From a virus (taxonomy: Duplodnaviria > Caudoviricetes), in IMG/VR virus record IMGVR_UViG_3300002091_000079, positions 1-30,990 of that record: DNA of 30,990 nucleotides, one strand, 5' to 3'. Positions within the stretch are counted from its first letter, which is position 1, and the number at the start of each line of letters is the position of its first letter. Positions 27,032-30,990 of the stretch are shown here, in pieces. The notes below the pieces were generated by a model. The model was not told the DNA's origin. It saw only the letters and a program-made list of their open reading frames with translations, and did no database searches. The translations under genes and the position numbers were made by a program.

Positions 27032-27238
27032 TTAACTTACTCCACTGCTAACGCTTTTGTTTGGATGCCATGACTCTTTACCCTGTGAATGTATGATATC
27101 AAGCCTTTGTTGATACAGATTCTTTTTTTTAGCTTGGATCTCTGCTTGATTCTGCGCAAATTGCTGCTCAACTAAAGCATCTGATGCGCTTTGCTGTGAG
27201 TTTTGACTGCCTGAATTTCCACCACCGAATAAACCCAT
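27032..27238 (-). CDS. Small Gly/Gln-rich virion protein preceding the portal
   Basis: MGLFGGGNSG start with GGAGG RBS; T7 gp6.7/7.3-like position. Confidence 0.65.
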   Translation of the reverse strand: MGLFGGGNSGSQNSQQSASDALVEQQFAQNQAEIQAKKKNLYQQRLDIIHSQGKESWHPNKSVSSGVS

Positions 27239-27239
27239 G

Positions 27240-27647
27240 TTATCGCCTCCAATGATGCAATAATTCATAGTCATTGTCATCGTTGCATAATAGCTTAGTA
27301 TAGAGATGTTGCGGGTTAAAAGTAAATCCAATATTTATTCCTGATACGTAACGGTTATATTCATTGCATGAACGTACAATATAAGGCTTCCAAGATATCT
27401 CTACCCGTTTATGTACCATCACCACAATCAATGCGGTTAATGCATTAATATGTTTTAATCCCCTGCTAAGTGATAAACAACTTTTTGCATGAATATTTCT
27501 AACATGCACACCTGTTAAATCAAACTCATGAGCCAGATATAATTCACCGTCAAATGTAATGATATTGCAATGTTTAAATGTATCTGAGAATGCTAGTCGA
27601 GATTGAATACCGCCGGAGTGATTATAGAAACAAAAAAAACATATCAT
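27240..27647 (-). CDS. Permuted papain-like (NlpC/P60 superfamily) enzyme candidate
   Basis: FKHC (His) precedes RSCNE (Cys), then NPQHLY. Confidence 0.5.
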   Translation of the reverse strand: MICFFCFYNHSGGIQSRLAFSDTFKHCNIITFDGELYLAHEFDLTGVHVRNIHAKSCLSLSRGLKHINALTALIVVMVHKRVEISWKPYIVRSCNEYNRYVSGINIGFTFNPQHLYTKLLCNDDNDYELLHHWRR

Positions 27648-27877
27648 TTTGAGTTTATTTCATCTTGTAAATACCAGATAGCTTTTCGTAAATCTTCTTT
27701 GCTATTTCCTTTGAAATCTGCACGCCATATATATTTTATTGCATTGCCTAAATTGAAATTAAAGTGACGTGTAATTTCAATGCATTCAATAGCGGTAATA
27801 GCTTCACAAATGCAACATATACTGTTTATATCTCTTGATGTGTAATGTTTGGGATGATTCACATTGTCCATTTGCAT
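27644..27877 (-). CDS. DUF3310 / T7 gp1.7 nucleotide kinase-like protein
   Basis: DNVNHPKHY...IECIE...FNLGNAIKYIWRA..KG..EDLRKAIWYL. Confidence 0.9.
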   Translation of the reverse strand: MQMDNVNHPKHYTSRDINSICCICEAITAIECIEITRHFNFNLGNAIKYIWRADFKGNSKEDLRKAIWYLQDEINSK

Positions 27878-27883
27878 AACTTC

Positions 27884-28120
27884 CTAGTGTAAAATATCTA
27901 TCACTTCTTGTGCATGTTCTATCTTTGCATGCATCAGTCGCAAGTTTCCATCTTCAATCTTGAATAAACATTGATATGAATAGTTCTTTTTCTCGAATGT
28001 AAAATCACGCGAGTACTTTTGCCACTCTTTATATACAGGACGGTCTTTAATATCGCTCCATATCATCAGCATAATTGATCGCTCTAATTCTGACATCTGG
28101 GCGAGTCGTTTAATCTTCAT
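27884..28120 (-). CDS. Hypothetical protein
   Basis: 78 aa, in operon. Confidence 0.7.
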   Translation of the reverse strand: MKIKRLAQMSELERSIMLMIWSDIKDRPVYKEWQKYSRDFTFEKKNYSYQCLFKIEDGNLRLMHAKIEHAQEVIDILH

Positions 28121-28289
28121 TATTTTTTAATTCCTGAACTTTTATTCGACTTTGCTTTTTCTTTTCGTTTGCTTTGATTTGATAGTATGAAATGGACGGT
28201 ACTATTTGATACGTTTTTCCTTTGTTAGCAATCAACGCATCATTCAACGCCTGCTGTATTGCAGACGTTAAGTTATGTTTTGTTTTCAT
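28110..28289 (-). CDS. Hypothetical basic protein
   Basis: Likely start MKTKHNL, TAATG-coupled to the previous stop. Confidence 0.6.
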   Translation of the reverse strand: MKTKHNLTSAIQQALNDALIANKGKTYQIVPSISYYQIKANEKKKQSRIKVQELKNNED

Positions 28290-28519
28290 TATTGCTCGAT
28301 TGGGTTTTGATCTGTTGTATTTGATGCTTTTATAACTGCTTCTTGCTGCAAAGTAAGGATCGAGTTTTGCATCCACATATGACCCTCATCAAAACGAATG
28401 AATGCTTGTTGCTTTTGAAAATCTTTTCCTTCTGTTTCATTTACTATATGCATTAATGTGGCAAATGCTTCGCGTAATTTATTTAGTTTTTCATGCAACT
28501 GGTCGACTGTAAGTATCAT
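28289..28519 (-). CDS. Helical-hairpin protein, possible Acb2/Tad1-like sponge
   Basis: 76 aa; LNKLREAF...KQQAFIRFDEGHMWMQNSI. Confidence 0.45.
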   Translation of the reverse strand: MILTVDQLHEKLNKLREAFATLMHIVNETEGKDFQKQQAFIRFDEGHMWMQNSILTLQQEAVIKASNTTDQNPIEQ

Positions 28520-28650
28520 TTTTTTTTCTTCTTTGGTTTGACCCGACTGGGTAATTTTTTGATGCTGGGGGTTGCAGATGCAAATTCTTTTGCAATGGCT
28601 GGTTTATTTGCAAATAGATATGCAGCTTGCTTTTTTGATTTAAACGGCAT
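28516..28650 (-). CDS. Small basic phage protein (44 aa, not in the ORF track)
   Basis: MPFKSKKQAAYLFANKPAIAKEFASATPSIKKLPSRVKPKKKKK; ATGA/TAATG coupling. Confidence 0.75.
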   Translation of the reverse strand: MPFKSKKQAAYLFANKPAIAKEFASATPSIKKLPSRVKPKKKKK

Positions 28651-28757
28651 TATTTTTTCATAGCCTTTTTAATCATCTTTTTATCTTTTTTCGCGTCTTT
28701 TTTCTCTGACGCCTTGATTTTCTTGTCCATCATTTTTGCTTCTGCTTTAGCTTTCAT
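28650..28757 (-). CDS. Lys-rich peptide (35 aa, not in the ORF track)
   Basis: MKAKAEAKMMDKKIKASEKKDAKKDKKMIKKAMKK; coupled at both ends. Confidence 0.65.
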   Translation of the reverse strand: MKAKAEAKMMDKKIKASEKKDAKKDKKMIKKAMKK

Positions 28758-28936
28758 TTTTGCGCCTTGAAGTAAGTATCAATTAAATCATATAACACAT
28801 TTTCATCAATTAAAAATGATTCACTCTCTCGATTTGTGATCCAATACTTCCCATTATTGATTTCTGTCATATTAGGCCGGTATTGGATGATATAGGATTG
28901 TGAACTTTGATGATCTTTATATACTTTTAAATACAT
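28754..28936 (-). CDS. Hypothetical protein
   Basis: 60 aa, coupled at both ends. Confidence 0.65.
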   Translation of the reverse strand: MYLKVYKDHQSSQSYIIQYRPNMTEINNGKYWITNRESESFLIDENVLYDLIDTYFKAQK

Positions 28937-29121
28937 TATTTAGCTGGAATTGTTGGCTGGGCTATTGTTTCAATTTTACCCTTGATCCAAGTTGCCAAAG
29001 CATTCGCAGCGATATCAACTTCACGCAAAAATTCAGCTTGTATTTCAGGTTCCCATGTGATTAGTTCTTTTTCTAAAATAGGTAAAACAGTGTTGATTGC
29101 GAACGTGATTAATACAGACAT
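28936..29121 (-). CDS. Hypothetical protein
   Basis: 61 aa, AAGGA RBS. Confidence 0.7.
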   Translation of the reverse strand: MSVLITFAINTVLPILEKELITWEPEIQAEFLREVDIAANALATWIKGKIETIAQPTIPAK

Positions 29122-29130
29122 TTTATATCC

Positions 29131-29310
29131 TTATTTATGGAGTTTTTTTAGGGTTTCTGCCAATCGTGCTCGCTTACCTTCTTTGCCTGTTGCTTTTGCT
29201 GCTTTAGCGAGTTTTTTGGCTGGGATTTTCTTACCTTCTGGGACGCCTAATTCTTTATGCAATGCGCCAGGCTTTTTAATCGCTTTTTGGATCCACTTTT
29301 TGTCCGCCAT
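29131..29310 (-). CDS. Small basic phage protein (WIQKAIKKPGAL family)
   Basis: 59 aa from MADKK with AAGGTG RBS. Confidence 0.8.
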   Translation of the reverse strand: MADKKWIQKAIKKPGALHKELGVPEGKKIPAKKLAKAAKATGKEGKRARLAETLKKLHK

Positions 29311-29734
29311 GATTAACACCTTTGTTCTGATCAATAAGTGATTGCATTAGCATTTTATAATCGTCTAACAATTGCTTGTAAAGTTCGCTATCTTTCCCAA
29401 ATTCTTCTGAGCAACATTTTTCCAATAACCAAGAGATAGCTTGCCAGCTTTTTGGCATAGCTTCAATGGTTTTAAACATTTCTCCCACTTTATCGGCGCG
29501 GGCTTCTCGTACGTTTGCAAAAAATTCTGAGAATATTGTATCGCGTCCAGCGAGGTGATCTTCTTCACCATATTTAATCCAGTTAAATACAGTTTGATGA
29601 TGCTCCCTAGCTTTTGCGGCAGCATTATAAATAGATAGATGAGTTCTTATTCTATCAATGATTATTTGACCCTTTTCAACTGTAAAAGTGTGAGGTCTAC
29701 CGACTGGAGCTGTTTCTTGCTTTTCTTTTTTCAT
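29276..29734 (-). CDS. terS: Terminase small subunit-like HTH protein
   Basis: GRPHTFT, HTH ending TVFNWI, WQAISWLLEK; first gene of the late block. Confidence 0.7.
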   Translation of the reverse strand: MKKEKQETAPVGRPHTFTVEKGQIIIDRIRTHLSIYNAAAKAREHHQTVFNWIKYGEEDHLAGRDTIFSEFFANVREARADKVGEMFKTIEAMPKSWQAISWLLEKCCSEEFGKDSELYKQLLDDYKMLMQSLIDQNKGVNHGGQKVDPKSD

Positions 29735-29809
29735 ACCCAAAGTATTACAAATTCTCCACGCATTTAAAATACCCTAATGAAAATAAATTATTATATTTGT
29801 ATAGTTCGC

Positions 29810-29838
29810 TTGACATAGACTATACATGATAGTATAAT
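29810..29838 (+). promoter_or_regulatory. Perfect consensus sigma70 early promoter
   Basis: TTGACA (29810-29815)-N17-TATAAT (29833-29838) with an AT-rich upstream tract. Confidence 0.9.
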
Positions 29839-29882
29839 AACGGCATACACAAACAAAACACTTAACATAACGGGGATTTAAA

Positions 29883-30077
29883 ATGATTACTTTATCTGAT
29901 TTAACATTAACAAAACCTGCATATATCGATGGGGACGCATACCACGCTCACGCAACAGACAAGGCAGGCAATGAATATATGGTTACATGGGAAATACTTG
30001 TTGATAATATAGAATCGCTTGAAGATGAATCAGACGCCTGTGACTGGGAACAACCTATTTTTATAACAAAACTTTAA
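29883..30077 (+). CDS. Small acidic early protein
   Basis: 64 aa, GGGGA RBS, ending EDESDACDWE. Confidence 0.8.
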   Translation: MITLSDLTLTKPAYIDGDAYHAHATDKAGNEYMVTWEILVDNIESLEDESDACDWEQPIFITKL

Positions 30078-30086
30078 GGAAATAAC

Positions 30087-30287
30087 ATGAACCATATACA
30101 ATTCTATGAACAGGTAATCACAGGAACAGAATACAGAAATATGAATTTGCGCGTACTAATAAAATACATTCACGAATTAGAGCTAGCAAACGCAAAGGAT
30201 GTTTTAATTGAACTGTCACACTTTATCAAGCTAAAGCAAGACGATTTTAACGCATTAATAAAATATGACAGCTCAATACAGTTTTAA
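30087..30287 (+). CDS. Hypothetical early protein
   Basis: 66 aa, AAGGA RBS. Confidence 0.7.
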   Translation: MNHIQFYEQVITGTEYRNMNLRVLIKYIHELELANAKDVLIELSHFIKLKQDDFNALIKYDSSIQF

Positions 30288-30326
30288 GTATTAACTAACA
30301 TAACATTTAACATAACGAGACATAAC

Positions 30327-30818
30327 ATGATAATAAAAGACGCTCTTTCAATCCTAAGCCTATCTGGCGATTACAACCCAGATATCATCAAGGCAGCCTA
30401 TCGCAAGGCATGCTCAGTATATCACCCTGATCGCAATCCAGCGGGCTTGGAGATGATGAAATTAGTTAACGAAGCCTACGCCACCCTTAAAGACAAGACA
30501 GGATCAGAAATCGTGGTAACTGGCGATATATCAAGCTACGGAGAGGACATTTTCAAGGCGCTTAGCGCGGTGATTAACTTAGGTTTAGATATTGAAATAT
30601 GTGGCGCTTGGGTCTGGTTGCACGGCGATACAAGGCCTCACAAAGAAATTATAAAAAACGCTAAATTTAGATGGGCACCTCAGAAAAAACTATGGTACTA
30701 CCGTCCAGCGGATTATAAATCAAAAGGACGGGGGAAATTTTCAATGGATGAAATAAGAGAAAAACACGGCAGTCAGAAAGTTCAACCCAAAGAACGTCAA
30801 TATTTAAAAGCTGCGTAA
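30327..30818 (+). CDS. J-domain (class C DnaJ-like) protein
   Basis: IKAAYRKACSVYHPDRN...VNEAY with intact HPD; C-terminal Trp-rich domain (GAWVW...FRWAPQKKLWY). Confidence 0.9.
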   Translation: MIIKDALSILSLSGDYNPDIIKAAYRKACSVYHPDRNPAGLEMMKLVNEAYATLKDKTGSEIVVTGDISSYGEDIFKALSAVINLGLDIEICGAWVWLHGDTRPHKEIIKNAKFRWAPQKKLWYYRPADYKSKGRGKFSMDEIREKHGSQKVQPKERQYLKAA

Positions 30819-30885
30819 AATAACCGGCTGATTCGACATTAAACGTCAAAATCAGCCTTCATTTTCGATAAAAGGAGAAAATAAC

Positions 30886-30990
30886 ATGAATTTACAACAG
30901 CAAAAAGAGTTAAAAACATTAGCTATTAAATATGCAAAATCACTTTCTGAAAATGGTTTTAGCACAGAACTTCACTATAAGTTTATTATA
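30886..30990 (+). CDS. Hypothetical protein, 3'-truncated by the window edge
   Basis: AAGGAG RBS, MNLQQQKELK..., open to the end of the window. Confidence 0.65.
   Translation, partial: MNLQQQKELKTLAIKYAKSLSENGFSTELHYKFII

Noticed and set aside
1-30990. Host assignment and remaining short shadow ORFs
   Set aside because: No host genes or att sites are present, so the host cannot be named. Other 60-95 aa ORFs lie inside well-supported genes.

Overview
The whole window is a fragment of a tailed dsDNA bacteriophage, AT-rich by eye, with no host genes, integrase, RNA polymerase, rRNA, tRNA or CRISPR array that I could recognise. Positions 1-6.5 kb are a replication, recombination and accessory region. 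It holds a DnaB-like helicase, a leftward operon of small accessory genes headed by a Cro-like HTH gene, and a rightward Sak4 / Gp157 / SSB module. Positions 6.5-29.7 kb are one long minus-strand morphogenesis block in T7-like podovirus order: TerS-like gene, small basic proteins, DUF3310, portal, scaffold, major capsid, decoration/fibre, tail adaptor, nozzle, four ejection-type proteins, tail fibre with collar, TerL, then an extra spike module. Positions 29.8-31 kb start an early rightward unit with a consensus sigma70 promoter and a J-domain protein. The best leads are: (1) a three-box DnaA-box cluster with DARS-like geometry hidden in the HTH gene; (2) a TerL whose last nuclease Asp appears replaced by Lys, lying 18 kb from TerS; (3) an RcGTA-like head-spike base gene plus an unannotated adaptor peptide and an LRR-solenoid fibre; (4) a possible Acb2/Tad1-like anti-defence sponge; (5) a shared leader motif on early genes and a structured capsid leader. 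All family assignments come from motif recognition by eye, not from database searches.
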